A stretch of 64,000 nucleotides of DNA from an uncultured Dactylococcopsis sp. (GCA_964493825.1 CAZBPR010000001.1:1525-65524), one strand, 5' to 3'; counted from the stretch's first letter, positions 1-10,973 are shown. A program made the numbers and translations. Notes: generated by a model from the letters alone, not told the origin.

Positions 1-582
1 CGTATCAATGGTGCGGGGATTATCAATGGCTTCTGGCCAAGCCCGACGGAGTAATTCTAAGCGAGATAACGCAATCCCTTGGGCTTGTGCCAAAACATAA
101 AGTAAGCTAAATTCCTGTGGGGTAAATTCGATTTTTTCCCCTTGCAAATAAACCTTGCGCTGCGCCAAATTAATTTTTAATTGCCCATAATCCAGTAGTA
201 AAGGAACATTCGTTGCCCGAAACCGCCGTGCCAGCGCCTCAACTCGCGCCATAAACTCTCGCATACCAAATGGTTTCCCCAAATAGTCATCAGCCCCTGC
301 TTTCAAGCCGGCAACAATATCAGATTCACCGTGCCGTCCTGATAACATCAAGATCACTGCTTGCTGATAGCGATGTAACCAATAGCAAAACTCCAAACTA
401 TCTCCATCGGGTAAATCAGAATCGAGCACCACTAAGGTCAATTCACCACTATTCAAGTGCCGTTTCGCCTGCTGAATCGTGCCGGATTGATACACGGCAA
501 AGCCAGCCTGCTGTAAATGCCAACCTAACAGTGATCTCAGATGGGGATTCCCCTCAACAATGTGAATAGAAATTGATTCCAC
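1..582 (-). CDS. nrrA: OmpR-family nitrogen-regulated response regulator NrrA (3' end beyond the window edge; absent from the ORF track)
   Basis: Manual translation from GTG at 582: MESISIHIVEGNPHLRSLLGWHLQQAG...LKAGADDYLGKPFGMREFMARVEAL...RRAWPEAIDNPRTIDT. This matches the NrrA N-terminus, and an NtcA promoter lies upstream. Confidence 0.88.
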   Translation of the reverse strand, partial: MESISIHIVEGNPHLRSLLGWHLQQAGFAVYQSGTIQQAKRHLNSGELTLVVLDSDLPDGDSLEFCYWLHRYQQAVILMLSGRHGESDIVAGLKAGADDYLGKPFGMREFMARVEALARRFRATNVPLLLDYGQLKINLAQRKVYLQGEKIEFTPQEFSLLYVLAQAQGIALSRLELLRRAWPEAIDNPRTIDT

Positions 583-616
583 TGTACGCTTTACTACTGT
601 CATCCTAGTGGTATCA

Positions 617-658
617 AAAATAACAAAGGTGAAAGGAAAGTTCCGTAACAAGTGTTAC
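617..658 (-). promoter_or_regulatory. NtcA-activated class II promoter of nrrA
   Basis: GTA-ACAAGTGT-TAC at 645-658, then 22 nt, then a TAN3T -10 box (TATTTT on the minus strand, 622-617). nrrA is a known NtcA target. Confidence 0.85.
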
Positions 659-751
659 TGGGCACGGGTCAGTGTTTCCTTCGCACTCATCACTGAAAAG
701 GCCCCCACAAATCGATAAAATCAACATACTGTCTTGGGAGGATTTAATCAA

Positions 752-1270
752 ATGCTAGCTCATTTACTGGCTCTTGCCATTGCCTTGGGAAGCTTTATGC
801 TCTATTTCTCAGCCTTCTTTTTTCCAGAAGTTCATCGAAAAAGCGATTTTTACTGGAGTGGCTTGGGACTCTTTTATGGTTTAGTTTTATGGGTGTGCGC
901 GGGACGAATCACCGGTGCAGTTCTCCTCGGAACCCTCGCCAGCACCGCTTTACTTTTATGGTTTGGCACGCAAACCCTAATCCTGCGCCGTACCCTCACT
1001 ACCCCTGCCGAAAAAACCAATGTTTCTCAAACCATTGCAACCCGCTTACAAGCCCTTTCTCCCCTACGCCTCTGGCAAAAAATTAGAGGTCACTCACCAA
1101 AACCAGAAACGACTGTTGAGAAAGAAGCTGACGCTTCCGGAGAAACCCCGACAACCAAATTATCCGCAGAGAATCAGACTGAAAAGGAAGTTCCTGCAGA
1201 TGATACAGAACCATCTGAATCTAGCGCAGAAACCTCTTCTGATGCTGAGGAGAAAAACACCCCATCCTAA
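752..1270 (+). CDS. ycf66: Ycf66 family membrane protein
   Basis: MLAHLLALAIALGS...FFFPEVHRKSDFYWSGLGLFYGLVLW; N-terminal TM helices and an acidic tail; GGAGG RBS before the ATG at 752. Confidence 0.75.
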   Translation: MLAHLLALAIALGSFMLYFSAFFFPEVHRKSDFYWSGLGLFYGLVLWVCAGRITGAVLLGTLASTALLLWFGTQTLILRRTLTTPAEKTNVSQTIATRLQALSPLRLWQKIRGHSPKPETTVEKEADASGETPTTKLSAENQTEKEVPADDTEPSESSAETSSDAEEKNTPS

Positions 1271-1330
1271 CGTTAAAATAACGATACAACTTCACTGAAA
1301 CTGTCCACCCCACAAGCAGAACAAAAGACC

Positions 1331-4213
1331 GTGACAACCAACAAGAGTTATAAGGACACGATTAACCTACCCAAAACTGATTTTGCGATGCGGGCAAACG
1401 CGAAACAGCGAGAACCTGAAATTCAGGCATTCTGGCAGCAAGAACACATTTATGAAACGCTGTCGCAACAAAATCCCAAAGACCTATTTGTCTTGCATGA
1501 TGGCCCCCCCTACGCCAATGGTTCACTGCACATGGGACACGCCTTGAATAAAATTCTCAAAGACATTATCAATAAATACAAACTCTTACAAGGTTATAAG
1601 GTGCGCTATGTGCCGGGCTGGGATTGTCACGGTTTGCCCATTGAATTAAAAGTTTTACAAAATATTGACGAGAAAAATCGCGCTCAGCTGACTCCGATTA
1701 AGTTACGGAAAAAAGCAGCTAAGTTTGCTCATAAAACCATTGATTTGCAACGGGAAGGGTTCAAACGTTACGGCATCTGGGGAGATTGGGACAATCCTTA
1801 TTTAACGCTCAATCCAGCTTATGAAGCTGCCCAAATTGGGGTTTTTGGGGAGATGGCACTGAAGGGCTATATTTATCGGGGACTCAAGCCAGTGCACTGG
1901 AGTCCCAGTTCTAAAACTGCCCTTGCCGAAGCAGAATTGGAATATCCCGAGGGACATACTTCCCCGAGTATCTACGCGGTGTTTCCCCTAACGGCTTTGG
2001 GAGAAGCAGCACAAAGCGCTTTAGGGGATTATGCCTCGAGTTTAGGGGTTGCCATTTGGACCACAACGCCTTGGACTATTCCGGGGAATTTAGCGGTGGC
2101 GGTGAATCCTGATTTAAATTATGCAGTTGTTGAACAATCCGGAAATGAAGCGCAGTGTCAGTATTTAATTGTGGCGGCAGAATTAGTCGAGAAACTTGCC
2201 GCAACTCTAGGACAGTCGCTAACCGTCAAAACGACGCTTCCGGGAAAGGCGTTGGAACATTGTCAGTATCGCCATCCCCTCTTTGATCGCGAAAGTAAAG
2301 TTCTCATTGGCGGTGATTATATTACAACTGAATCAGGAACGGGATTGGTTCATACGGCACCCGGACATGGTCAAGAAGACTATGTGGTCGGGATGCGCTA
2401 TGGCTTGCCCATTTTATCGCCCGTGGATGAACAGGGCACCTTTACAGAGGAAGCCGGACCATTTGCGGGGTTAGAAGTGCTGAATGGCGGGAATGATGCC
2501 GTGATTGAAGCCCTGCAAGCGGCCAATTCTCTCCTGAAACAAGAACCCTATCAGCATAAATATCCCTATGACTGGCGCACCAAAAAACCAACCATTTTCC
2601 GGGCGACCGAACAGTGGTTTGCTTCGGTAGAAGGGTTCCGCGAAGCCGCACTCATGGCAATTGCCTCAGTCAATTGGCTGCCAAAACAAGGGGAAAATCG
2701 CATTCGGGCGATGGTCTCTCAGCGCAGTGATTGGTGTATTTCTCGCCAGCGCAGTTGGGGGGTTCCGATTCCGGTGTTTTATGACGAGGAGACGAATGAA
2801 CCGTTGCTGACCCCTGAAACCATTGCTTTCGTGCAAAATATTATTGCCGACAAAGGATCGGATGCCTGGTGGGAAATGTCCACTGAGGAGTTGTTACCGC
2901 CGGAGTATCGCAATAATGGACGCACTTACCGCAAGGGAACAGATACCATGGATGTCTGGTTTGATTCCGGTTCCTCTTGGGCGGCGGTAGCGAAACAGCG
3001 GGAAGAACTCAAGTATCCGGTGGATATGTACTTGGAAGGATCCGATCAACATCGGGGTTGGTTCCAGTCCAGTTTATTAACCAGTGTGGCAACGCAAGGC
3101 ATTGCCCCCTATCAAACGGTTCTCACCCATGGCTTTGTCTTGGATGAAAAAGGCTACAAAATGAGTAAGTCCATGGGCAATGTGGTTGATCCAGGGGTGA
3201 TTATTGAGGGCGGAAAAAATCAGAAAAAAGAACCGGCTTATGGGGCGGATATTCTGCGTCTCTGGGTCTCCTCGGTAGATTATTCAGCGGATGTGCCCAT
3301 TGGTCAAGGAATTTTGAAGCAGTTGGCTGATGCCTATCGCAAGATTCGCAATACAGTCCGCTTTCTGCTGGGGAACTTACATGATTTTGACCCGAAAACC
3401 GATGGGGTAGCCTATGAACAACTCCCCAGTTTAGACCGCTATATGCTGCATCAAACTAGCGAGGTGTTTGCAGAAATTACTGCCGCCTTTGAAGACTATG
3501 AATTTTTCCGTTTTTTCCAGACCGTACAGAATTTCTGTGTCGTAGAACTTTCCAATTTTTATTTAGATATTGCCAAAGATCGGCTATATATTTCCGATGC
3601 GAACTCCCTGCGACGACGCAGTTGTCAGACGGTACTCGCGATTATTGTGGAAAATTTGGCTCGCGCGATCGCGCCCGTTTTATGCCACACGGCAGAAGAT
3701 ATTTGGCAAAATATCCCTTATCCCCTACCTCACAAATCAGTTTTTGCGTCCGGCTGGATTCCTCAACAAACGGATTGGAAAAATACCGACCTGGCAGAAA
3801 ATTGGTCAAACGTTCGTCAAGTCCGGGGGGAAGTGAATAAAGTTCTCGAACAAGCGCGAACCGAAAAGCTGATTGGCGCTTCTCTCGAAGCGAAAATCTT
3901 ACTTTATGTATCTGACTCGGGGTTACGGGAACAACTGCGCGCCATGAATCCCAGTGAGACAGTCGGAGATGGCTTGCATGTGGATGAACTGCGCTATCTC
4001 TTGCTGGCTTCACAAGTGGAAGTCTTAGATACTCCAGAGAAAGCCCAAAACGCCCCGTATCAGAGTGAAACGGAACTAGTAACCGTAGGAGTCGTCAAAG
4101 CAGAAGGCGAGAAATGCGATCGCTGCTGGAATTATTCCACCCAAGTCGGGCATTTTCCAGATGACCCAACCCTCTGCGAACGATGTCATGACGCTTTAGC
4201 CGGTCATTTCTAA
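1331..4213 (+). CDS. ileS: Isoleucine--tRNA ligase
   Basis: HDGPPYANG..HMGH, GTGLVHTAPGHG, KMSKS and C-terminal CDRC..CERC zinc motif. Confidence 0.98.
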   Translation: MTTNKSYKDTINLPKTDFAMRANAKQREPEIQAFWQQEHIYETLSQQNPKDLFVLHDGPPYANGSLHMGHALNKILKDIINKYKLLQGYKVRYVPGWDCHGLPIELKVLQNIDEKNRAQLTPIKLRKKAAKFAHKTIDLQREGFKRYGIWGDWDNPYLTLNPAYEAAQIGVFGEMALKGYIYRGLKPVHWSPSSKTALAEAELEYPEGHTSPSIYAVFPLTALGEAAQSALGDYASSLGVAIWTTTPWTIPGNLAVAVNPDLNYAVVEQSGNEAQCQYLIVAAELVEKLAATLGQSLTVKTTLPGKALEHCQYRHPLFDRESKVLIGGDYITTESGTGLVHTAPGHGQEDYVVGMRYGLPILSPVDEQGTFTEEAGPFAGLEVLNGGNDAVIEALQAANSLLKQEPYQHKYPYDWRTKKPTIFRATEQWFASVEGFREAALMAIASVNWLPKQGENRIRAMVSQRSDWCISRQRSWGVPIPVFYDEETNEPLLTPETIAFVQNIIADKGSDAWWEMSTEELLPPEYRNNGRTYRKGTDTMDVWFDSGSSWAAVAKQREELKYPVDMYLEGSDQHRGWFQSSLLTSVATQGIAPYQTVLTHGFVLDEKGYKMSKSMGNVVDPGVIIEGGKNQKKEPAYGADILRLWVSSVDYSADVPIGQGILKQLADAYRKIRNTVRFLLGNLHDFDPKTDGVAYEQLPSLDRYMLHQTSEVFAEITAAFEDYEFFRFFQTVQNFCVVELSNFYLDIAKDRLYISDANSLRRRSCQTVLAIIVENLARAIAPVLCHTAEDIWQNIPYPLPHKSVFASGWIPQQTDWKNTDLAENWSNVRQVRGEVNKVLEQARTEKLIGASLEAKILLYVSDSGLREQLRAMNPSETVGDGLHVDELRYLLLASQVEVLDTPEKAQNAPYQSETELVTVGVVKAEGEKCDRCWNYSTQVGHFPDDPTLCERCHDALAGHF

Positions 4214-4220
4214 TCGAAAC

Positions 4221-4247
4221 GGGGGTAAGGTTTCCCCACTTTTTTTT
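4221..4247 (+). terminator. Probable intrinsic terminator after ileS
   Basis: GGGG...CCCC stem followed by a T8 run just after the stop codon; the stem is short. Confidence 0.45.
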
Positions 4248-4295
4248 CTGAGATCAATCGGATCAATTAACCAATAACCCATTCCTTCCTATGAG

Positions 4296-5912
4296 TTGAA
4301 AGTAATGATTTCTGAATTATTTAAGTTGAGTTTTAATCAAGTTAGTGAAGCGATTTTGCTCACTCTTGCTGATGGCTCTATTTTTGATGCAAATGCAGCG
4401 GCGATCGCGTTTTTAGGATATTCTAAAGAACAATTACTGCAAAAAACAATTTATGAGCTTTTACCTAATTTTAAGCTCATAAATTGGCAATGCTTACAGT
4501 ATAATCAGAAAATTTTATATCCTGGCGAAATCATTACTTGTCATGGGGAAACGAAGTCAATTGAAGTGCAGGCGGAATACTGTAAAACCGAAACTCAAGA
4601 AGGGGCTTCTTTAGTGCTAAAGCCGATTACAACTTCTCAAACTCTCTCGAAAAAAGCCGATGAAACTTACCCCGATCACTTACTCGAGTTAATTATTAAT
4701 AATATTCCTCAACAAATTTTTTGGAAAGATAAAAAGCAAGTTTATTTAGGCTGTAACCGTCATTTTGCGGAAATTGTCGGACTAAATAATCCTGCTGAAA
4801 TTGTTGGCAAAACCGATTATCAATTGAATCGGGATATCCGTTATGCGGAGTCTTATCGAGAATGGGATCGTCGGGTGATAGAAGAAGGACAAGCAATTCT
4901 TGACTTAGAAGAACCTTATCATAATGCGGATGGCGAGGAAGGAGTCGTTTTAACAAGTAAAGTTCCCTTAACTGATGATCAAGGTCATATTTTTGGCTTA
5001 GTGGGAATTTGTACTGAAATCTCTGAAATCAAAACCATGCAAGTGCAACTGGCGGAAGCCAATCAAATTCAACAAAAATTTCAGCAAGAACTTGAACAAA
5101 CCGTTCAATCTCGAACTGAAGAATTACAAGAAAAAAATCGACAACTCAGAGAATTAGAAGCCAAGTTACGAGAAGCTTTAGCAACCGAACAAGAAATTAA
5201 TCATCTGAAAACAAATATTATTACTACGATTTCTCATGAATACCGAACGCCCTTGAGTCGAATTTTAGTCGCAGCTAATCTTCTGCAACAACATTGGCAG
5301 CAACTCTCAACTGAAAAACGGGAGGAATATTTACAACAAATTTTTTCGGCTGTGGACTATCTCAGTCATATTGTTGATAACATTGTCTCCTTGAATGATT
5401 TTCCCTCGCAAAAGAGAACGATTCGATTTGAAACTGTAAACCTGATTGAACTTTACCAAACAACTTTTGCGAATCTAAAAAAAATCAAAACGATCAATCA
5501 TGACCTTCAACTAGAAACAAATCAGAATGAAATTTGGATGAAGGGTGATCAAGCATTGCTTTCACACCTAATCAATCATTTGCTGGCTAATGCTGTTCAA
5601 TATTCTGAAACTGGAACAACGATTAAAACTCGCATTGATTGCAAACCTAATCAGATTATTTTGCAAGTTAAGGATCAAGGCATTGGCATCCCCCCTGAAG
5701 ACCAAAGCCAATTATTTGACGCCTTTTATCGGGGTCGTAATGTGAGTAATAGGCGGGGAACAGGCTTAGGATTATCGATTGTTAAATATGTGGTGGAAGT
5801 TCACCAAGGAGAAATTAAGGTTGAGAGTGAATTAGGAAAAGGCAGCACATTCACTGTCACTTTTCCACTGGAAAGGCGGGATGATGTGACTGGTTTGTCC
5901 AATCCAGAATAG
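4296..5912 (+). CDS. Cytoplasmic PAS/PAC sensor histidine kinase
   Basis: Two PAS-like domains (IFWKD..YLGCN..FA; EIVGKTDY), H-box SHEYRTPL, N-box NAVQYS, DQGIGI and GTGLGLSIV. Confidence 0.92.
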   Translation: MKVMISELFKLSFNQVSEAILLTLADGSIFDANAAAIAFLGYSKEQLLQKTIYELLPNFKLINWQCLQYNQKILYPGEIITCHGETKSIEVQAEYCKTETQEGASLVLKPITTSQTLSKKADETYPDHLLELIINNIPQQIFWKDKKQVYLGCNRHFAEIVGLNNPAEIVGKTDYQLNRDIRYAESYREWDRRVIEEGQAILDLEEPYHNADGEEGVVLTSKVPLTDDQGHIFGLVGICTEISEIKTMQVQLAEANQIQQKFQQELEQTVQSRTEELQEKNRQLRELEAKLREALATEQEINHLKTNIITTISHEYRTPLSRILVAANLLQQHWQQLSTEKREEYLQQIFSAVDYLSHIVDNIVSLNDFPSQKRTIRFETVNLIELYQTTFANLKKIKTINHDLQLETNQNEIWMKGDQALLSHLINHLLANAVQYSETGTTIKTRIDCKPNQIILQVKDQGIGIPPEDQSQLFDAFYRGRNVSNRRGTGLGLSIVKYVVEVHQGEIKVESELGKGSTFTVTFPLERRDDVTGLSNPE

Positions 5913-5952
5913 CGATCAGCTTTCTGCTTCTGCAACCAGCGTCGAAGAGTCT

Positions 5953-6291
5953 TCAAGACTCCGCCGACCATTTGACAGTTTCTTCCTGACCCCAAAATCC
6001 TGTGAATTTCTTGACTTTGACATCGCCCAGCACTTGCACCTGACAGGATAAACGTCGCGTTGTACTGCTTTGGTGCGGGGGTAAAGACAAGCGCAGTTTT
6101 TCGCGCTGACCCGGTGGAGAAACGTCTCCTTCGACTGCCACGGTTCAGGTTCCGCAGGTGCCCAGACCATGACAATTAATCACACGGGCATTGCCATTGT
6201 AGAGATCAATGTTATTCTCGAGGAGAACTTTACGGAGATTCGCTCCTTGATCGCAGGTAAAGGTTTTTCCTTGCGCCATTACTTGTGGCAT
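5953..6291 (-). pseudogene. 2Fe-2S ferredoxin-family gene (112 codons) with an in-frame TGA at codon 49; nonsense allele, sequencing error or recoded codon
   Basis: MPQVMAQGKTFTCDQGANLRKVLLENNIDLYNGNARVINCHGLGTCGT*TVAVEG...RRLSCQVQVLGDV. The TGA (6147-6145) replaces the third Cys of C-x5-C-x2-C. GGAGG RBS upstream. Confidence 0.85.
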
Positions 6292-6363
6292 CGTGATCCC
6301 TCCCTCGCCTGAAAGACTATAATTTTATTTTAAACCCTGCTTCCCCAGTCCTTACCAAAAAGC

Positions 6364-6633
6364 TTAAAAGGCTTGGATCCACTCTTTAATCTGATACTCC
6401 GTCCAAATCCCATTTTGCCAATACGGATCATTTTCTACGAGTTGCCGAACAGTGGCTTCATCTGGCGCATCATACAAGGCAAAAACTTGCTGTAAGTCTT
6501 TAGTGGGACCAATGGTCAGCAAGGTTCCGTCTTCTTGCTGTGCCTTTAAACCGTCTAAATGCGCTTGGCGATAGGGGGCGCGTTTTTCTTCCACATTGTC
6601 ACAATAACTGCCCCACATTACATACTTCGGCAT
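6364..6633 (-). CDS. YciI family protein
   Basis: 89 aa with R.AHL, GPT and DPYW motifs. Confidence 0.8.
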   Translation of the reverse strand: MPKYVMWGSYCDNVEEKRAPYRQAHLDGLKAQQEDGTLLTIGPTKDLQQVFALYDAPDEATVRQLVENDPYWQNGIWTEYQIKEWIQAF

Positions 6634-6637
6634 TTTC

Positions 6638-9067
6638 TTAACTCCTTAAGGTGACTGCAAATTCTTGGGTCAGTGCTTTACGAACTTTTTCTAACAGCGG
6701 TTCTACTTCTTCATCGGTCAAGGTGCGATCGCGCGCTTGATAGGTTAAGCTAAACGCTAAACTGCGCTGTCCTTCTGGAACATTCTCTCCGCGATACTCA
6801 TCGAAGAGTTCCACATTGTCTAACAGGTTGCCTCCGGCTTTAGTCATCACTTGCATCAACTGGGCAACCGGCAAATCAATGGGGGCATAAAACGCAATGT
6901 CTCTTGCCACTGCCGGATAAGTGGAGAAGGGGGAAAAACGGGATTGCGAGAGATTCTTTTGCGCTAAGGCGCTTAACAAGACTTCGAGATCGAAACTAAA
7001 TACATAGACCGCTTCGGGCAAATCATGGTCTTGGCGAAATTGGGGATGGAGTTGTCCAAATAGCCCAAGACGCTGCTGGTCGAAGGAAATGACGGCAGTG
7101 CGACCGGGGTGCAAGCGTTCATCTTCTTGGGTTCCTGCATAGGTGACGGTAACACCTAACCGCTGCCAAACCGCATCTAACAGCCCTTTGGCTTGATACC
7201 AGGTCATGGGTTGTCCGGAGGTTGTCCAACGTCCTTGGGGAAACATTTCACCGCCCATAATTCCTGCCAGGGTATCTGCTTCTCCCACGCCGGTTTCTGT
7301 TTGCCAAAACCGTCGTCCCATTTCAAAGGCATTAAGTGCGCCATTACCGCGGGCAAGGTTGTAGGAAAAGGCATTGACCAAACCACTAATTAATTCAGTG
7401 CGGAGGGCAGAATATTCTTGAAAGAGGGGATTGGCTAGAGTAACAGCATTTCCTTCCGGTTTTACCAGAGAATAGTGGAGAACTTCTGTTAAACCCACTG
7501 CCCGCATGGCTTCCCGGATGCGATTTTTGTTCTGTTGCCGAACAGATAAAGTTCCCGGTTGGCTTTTTTCCGGGAGCGTATCGCAGAAGGAGTCATAACC
7601 GTAGAGACGAGCGATTTCTTCAATCAAATCAATTTCTCGTTCTAAATCGCGATCGCGATAGGGGGGAACAACGACGTTCCAACTTTGATCCGTTGGATTC
7701 TTTTGCAGTTCACAGCCTAAAGCGGTGAGGATACCCTCTACATCGTCTGGGGTCAATTTGCCATCCTCCCGGTTATTCACCTGACCTAACAGTTGATGAA
7801 TCCGGTCTAGACGCAACGTTAGCGTTCGCTGTCGTTGTTCGGGGTGCAGGCGATGATCTGCCATGGCTTGTTGGGTGGGGGTCCCTTGTGCTAGTTCTTG
7901 CAGCAGCGCGATCGCGCGTTGATTGGCTCGTTCCAGTTCCGCTTGATTCACCCCTCGTTCATAGCGGGTGGAGGCTTCCGTGCGTAAGCTTTGCCCTCTT
8001 GCCGAACGCCGAATGGCAACCGGTTCAAATAACGCTGCCTCTAAAATAATATTTTCTGTTTGGTCATAAACTTCCGTTTCTTCACCACCCATCACCCCAG
8101 CCAGGGCAACGGGAACATCATTAGCCGTGATCAGCAGATTATCTGGATTGAGTTCACGGGCTTGCCCATCCAGCGTGGTTAAACTTTCTCCAGCTTGGGC
8201 TAACCGCACCCCTAACGTCAAGGAATCTCCTCCTGCAACTGATTGCAGACGTTCGCGATCAAACGCGTGTAACGGTTGTCCCCATTCCAACAGCACATAG
8301 TTGGTAATATCCACCACATTATTAATGGGGCGGACACCCGCGGCTTGTAATCGTCGCTGTAACCATTGCGGCGAGGGAGCAAGCTTTAAATCAGTCACTT
8401 CCGTGCCAATATAAGCCGGGCAAGCCTCAGTGGCTGTCACATTGATGTTGAGGGCAGTCTTGCCAGTAGGAATATTTTGCTGAGGCGGTTCCGGAAGCGT
8501 TAATTTTTTCCCCGTTAACGCTGCCACTTCTCGCGCTACTCCGACCATACTCAGCGCATCAGCCCGGTTCGCCGTCGTTGTTAAATCCAACACCACATCA
8601 TCTAGCCCTAGCAAGGGATAAACCGGTTCGCCAGGAGTAAGCGTTTCTTCGCTAAAAATGTGAATGCCATCAGACTCTTTTTCTAAGCCTAACTCCGCAA
8701 GGGAGCAGATCATCCCTTGTGATGCCACGCCGCGGAGTTTGCTGCGTTTAATTTTCAAGTCTTTCACTGGCAGATACGCTCCCACTGTTGCTACAGGCAC
8801 ATAAGCGTCTGCCCGCACATTTGCCGCACCACAGACAATATTTAAAGGCTCTTCCTTGCCCACTTCGACAGTACAGACACTGAGTTTATCAGCATTGGGA
8901 TGGGCGTTTCGTTCTAAGACTTTACCCACGACAACGCCTTCTGCAAAACTACGGCGGTTTTCAATTTCTTCCACTTCAAACCCCGCAATCGTTAACGTTT
9001 CGGCTAGGGCTTCTGGGGTGAGATCAATGGCAACAAATTCCTGCAACCAGTTTAGAGAGACTCGCAT
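6638..9067 (-). CDS. pheT: Phenylalanine--tRNA ligase beta subunit
   Basis: HPNADKL tRNA-binding OB domain, [21 protein letters not shown] and C-terminal FDX-ACB domain. Confidence 0.98.
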   Translation of the reverse strand: MRVSLNWLQEFVAIDLTPEALAETLTIAGFEVEEIENRRSFAEGVVVGKVLERNAHPNADKLSVCTVEVGKEEPLNIVCGAANVRADAYVPVATVGAYLPVKDLKIKRSKLRGVASQGMICSLAELGLEKESDGIHIFSEETLTPGEPVYPLLGLDDVVLDLTTTANRADALSMVGVAREVAALTGKKLTLPEPPQQNIPTGKTALNINVTATEACPAYIGTEVTDLKLAPSPQWLQRRLQAAGVRPINNVVDITNYVLLEWGQPLHAFDRERLQSVAGGDSLTLGVRLAQAGESLTTLDGQARELNPDNLLITANDVPVALAGVMGGEETEVYDQTENIILEAALFEPVAIRRSARGQSLRTEASTRYERGVNQAELERANQRAIALLQELAQGTPTQQAMADHRLHPEQRQRTLTLRLDRIHQLLGQVNNREDGKLTPDDVEGILTALGCELQKNPTDQSWNVVVPPYRDRDLEREIDLIEEIARLYGYDSFCDTLPEKSQPGTLSVRQQNKNRIREAMRAVGLTEVLHYSLVKPEGNAVTLANPLFQEYSALRTELISGLVNAFSYNLARGNGALNAFEMGRRFWQTETGVGEADTLAGIMGGEMFPQGRWTTSGQPMTWYQAKGLLDAVWQRLGVTVTYAGTQEDERLHPGRTAVISFDQQRLGLFGQLHPQFRQDHDLPEAVYVFSFDLEVLLSALAQKNLSQSRFSPFSTYPAVARDIAFYAPIDLPVAQLMQVMTKAGGNLLDNVELFDEYRGENVPEGQRSLAFSLTYQARDRTLTDEEVEPLLEKVRKALTQEFAVTLRS

Positions 9068-9357
9068 CGACTTGTTTGGTGCTACTAAAAAAACTCAGCC
9101 CTCTTATTGTGACCTAAAAGAGAGTTGGTTTCAAGCTTGGCAATGAACAAGAAGGCTTTCCTTGCTTTTGAGCTGTGTTTTTTTCTCAGTGACTGAGGTA
9201 TGCTATAGATAACCGAAAGGAAACTGAGTTGTTAATTATTTTGTGCCTTTTATCACTCTTGGATTAACCTTAGATCCGTCGCAATCGTAACAGCAAAATT
9301 ACCTTGTATTTGCTTAAGCTCAAATCATTTCGACCACCGTATTTCTAAACCAACAAG

Positions 9358-10899
9358 ATGATTTACTGTCTGAATCCGTCTTGCCCGCAACCGAAAAACC
9401 CCAATCAAACGAGAATTTGTCAGAGTTGCGGGAGTGATCTCAAGCTCCATGGTCGTTATTTAGTGGGAAAAACCTTAGGTCGCGGCGGCTTTGGCGCAAC
9501 ATTTCTAGCAGTTGATACCAGTTTACCGGGTAATCCAGTTTGTGTGATTAAACAGCTGCGCCCTGCCAATAATACGGCAAGTTTTCTGAAGATGGCACGG
9601 GAATTATTTCAGCGAGAAGCAGAAACCTTAGGCAAGTTAGGCAGCCATCCGCAAGTTCCCCGTTTGCTCGATTACTTTGAAACCCAAGAGCAGTTTTTCT
9701 TGGTTCAAGAGTTTGTTAAAGGTTTAAATTTGCACAAGGAAGTTAAAACCAATGGACCCTTTAGCGAACCGGGCGTTCGCCAATTTTTAGCCGAAATCTT
9801 ACCCCTATTCGACTATATTCATTCTGAACGCGTCATTCACCGCGACATTAAACCCGCTAATATTATTCGTCGTGATATTGATAAAAAGTTAGTTTTGATT
9901 GACTTTGGGGCCGTGAAAAATCGAGTGAATGAGGTGATGGCAGCAGATATGTCCAGTGATAACCCTCTCACTTCTTTCGCAGTCGGAACGCCGGGCTATT
10001 CCCCCCCGGAACAGATGGCAATGCGCCCCACCTATGCCAGTGATATTTATAGTTTAGGAGCAACTTGCATTTATTTGCTAACAGGGCGTTCGCCAAAAGA
10101 TATTGGCTATAACGCTCGCACCGGGGCTTTAGATTGGGAAGACTATGTACAGGTAAGTGCTCATCTAAAAAAAGTATTACGGAAAATGTTGGAAATGGCA
10201 GTGCGCGATCGGTATCAGTCAGCGCAAGCGGTTTTAGATGGTTTAGAAATGGAGGCTTATGAAGAGAGTTTGTCTCAGGGGTTTGTAAAACGAAAACCGA
10301 TTCATAAAACTGAGACCGCTGACCAAGAGGGGTCTTCTCCGAGTTGGAGTACTAAATTAGCAGAGTCCATTCGTCAACGTCGGACTCGTCTGGGCTTACC
10401 GACCAGTCGTCGTCCAGAACAAAGCCAAGGTTATACCCTTGGGGAACGAACCAAATCTTCTGCTTCTCGTAAGTTAAGCGCCCAGCAACTTACTCAGCAG
10501 TATCAACAAGGGCGGCGAGATTTTTCCCAAGTGGATTTATACAAACTGGAACTGGAGGAAGTGAATTTAAGACAGTGTATTTTCCGTGAAGCCAATTTAA
10601 TGCAGACCAATCTTCGCAAAGGAGATTTAAGAGGTGCTGATTTTGCCAATGGCAATTTAAGGCGGGTGGTCTTGCGAGAAGCCAAACTGAGTAATGCCTT
10701 TTTTAGTAATGCCGATTTACAAAAAGCAGACCTACGGAAAGCTGATTTAACCCTTGCTAATTTTCAAAATGCTAAACTCACGGAGACGGACCTCTCTGGT
10801 GCTAATTTAACGAATGCCAAAATTACCAAGAAGCAGCTAGCGCAAGCAAAAACGAATTGGGCAACCATTTTACCGAATGGAAAACGAGCGCTATGGTAA
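9358..10899 (+). CDS. Ser/Thr protein kinase with N-terminal zinc ribbon and C-terminal pentapeptide repeats (SpkB-like)
   Basis: YCLNPSC..C..C, GRGGFG, HRDIKPAN and DFG motifs; A(D/N)LxxA repeats. Confidence 0.92.
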   Translation: MIYCLNPSCPQPKNPNQTRICQSCGSDLKLHGRYLVGKTLGRGGFGATFLAVDTSLPGNPVCVIKQLRPANNTASFLKMARELFQREAETLGKLGSHPQVPRLLDYFETQEQFFLVQEFVKGLNLHKEVKTNGPFSEPGVRQFLAEILPLFDYIHSERVIHRDIKPANIIRRDIDKKLVLIDFGAVKNRVNEVMAADMSSDNPLTSFAVGTPGYSPPEQMAMRPTYASDIYSLGATCIYLLTGRSPKDIGYNARTGALDWEDYVQVSAHLKKVLRKMLEMAVRDRYQSAQAVLDGLEMEAYEESLSQGFVKRKPIHKTETADQEGSSPSWSTKLAESIRQRRTRLGLPTSRRPEQSQGYTLGERTKSSASRKLSAQQLTQQYQQGRRDFSQVDLYKLELEEVNLRQCIFREANLMQTNLRKGDLRGADFANGNLRRVVLREAKLSNAFFSNADLQKADLRKADLTLANFQNAKLTETDLSGANLTNAKITKKQLAQAKTNWATILPNGKRALW

Positions 10900-10973
10900 T
10901 GATGAGCAGAGGGAGTGACACGGTTTGTCCTAAAATTAGGGATGAAATTAGCGCGATCGCGCCACAAAATGTA

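Noticed and set aside
270-569. 99-aa plus-strand ORF
   Set aside because: Antisense shadow of nrrA.
5801-6175. Three overlapping minus-strand ORFs in the track (124, 84 and 62 aa)
   Set aside because: Two are off-frame shadows; the 62-aa ORF is the C-terminal half of the TGA-interrupted ferredoxin.
10857-10973. N-terminal extension of the YbjQ ORF
   Set aside because: It overlaps the kinase end, and family similarity starts at MLTTTT (10974).
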